From positions 65,038,001-65,102,000 of the forward strand of contig OX597817.1 in the NCBI GenBank assembly GCA_951406725.2: a stretch of 64,000 nt of DNA, written 5' to 3'. A program made the translations under genes and the position numbers. Below are positions 63,042 to 64,000 of this stretch, in pieces (position 1 is the stretch's first letter; every line of letters begins with the position of its first letter). The DNA comes from Octopus vulgaris. Its lineage: Eukaryota. Under the pieces are notes generated by a model. That model saw only the letters and a program-made list of their open reading frames with translations, was not told where the DNA came from and searched no databases.

Positions 63042-64000
63042 CAGGTACATAGAGAAAGAACACACGTACATGAAGTTCGATGTGTGTTTGCCATAAACTT
63101 TGTGATTGTGGAAGATGAAATGATTAACTTAATATAGGTTAAAAGTTTTTGGTTCTGGAATCCGTGTTTCCTTGGTAGCTTGCACTAGAAGTTGGTATTA
63201 TCGAACTATTGGGGAGTTTCCTCTTCCGTAGAGAACAGGCCCTCAAATAACAGAGGCACCGACCTTCGCCAGTTGGCTTTATTGTGGAGTTGGCGAACGG
63301 TCATATTCAAGCTTTAAAGATATTCTTGGAAGTTAAATAAATCCAGATCACAGCACCACTGTTTTGCAGACAGGTCAATGAGTGTGAACTGTCTATGTGG
63401 AGTTACGTTGTTTAAACTTAGTAAAATCGTCGGTTTCCCGGGACCTGTCCTCAGCGCCGTAAAATGTGTCTTCGCCCACATTTGACAAACGAAACATACA
63501 GTGACTTTGAAAAACTCACCTGACTACTGTTGAGTGGAATGATGCTTAGGTCTTTAGCAGGAATGAAACATCCGATGCATAAAAGACAGGTATAAGATTT
63601 GAAATAATTATAGCATGGAGTTCAACGGGGGAGTGTGTGGATTGAGTGGAAAGCTGATGCTTGAGTTCATGGAGTTAGTTAGATACGATGGGTATTAAGA
63701 ACGCTATAGAATGTTATTAGTGATATATATGGTGAGTTAGGAATCAAAACAAGACAGGTGAACAAACGGAAGAGAGGAATGAATGACTACAGAAATGTCA
63801 CGCCGAAGTTTACTGTTGATTTTTATACCTCATTGAATATCAAATTATAGCTTAACGTTGTATGTATGTATGTATGTATGTATGTATGTATGTATGTATG
63901 TATGTATGGATGTATGTATGTATGTATGTATGTATGTATGTTTGTATGGATGGATGTATGTATGTATGTATGTATGTATGTATGTATGTATGTATGTATG

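Overview
AT-rich, microsatellite-saturated eukaryotic genomic DNA. The SINE, Penelope and mariner repertoire suggests a cephalopod such as an octopus, but that is inference only. Most listed ORFs are simple-repeat artefacts. Main result 1: a three-exon minus-strand gene (27005-26942, 14032-13960, 5465-5240) that the ORF track does not assemble. All splice sites are canonical with matching phases. It encodes a 120-aa secreted precursor: signal peptide, pro-region, a putative amidated Tyr-rich peptide, and a six-cysteine inhibitor-cystine-knot (C-C-CC-C-C) peptide. Main result 2: a recurring hammerhead-like RNA motif in at least three divergent repeats. Its core segments occur in an order that is not a circular permutation of the standard hammerhead (NUH/stem I, then GAAA, then CUGANGA), implying a pseudoknot, and compensatory base changes support it. 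Main result 3: a near-intact 5.4-kb Tx1-type L1-clade LINE with a 17-bp target-site duplication (TSD), inserted into a 362-bp tandem/inverted hammerhead repeat (retrozyme-like or Penelope-LTR-like). The rest is SINEs, decayed Penelope, RTE, R4/Dong-like and CR1-like LINE fragments, mariner/pogo remnants and low-complexity tracts. All RNA structures were paired by eye; no searches or folding programs were run.
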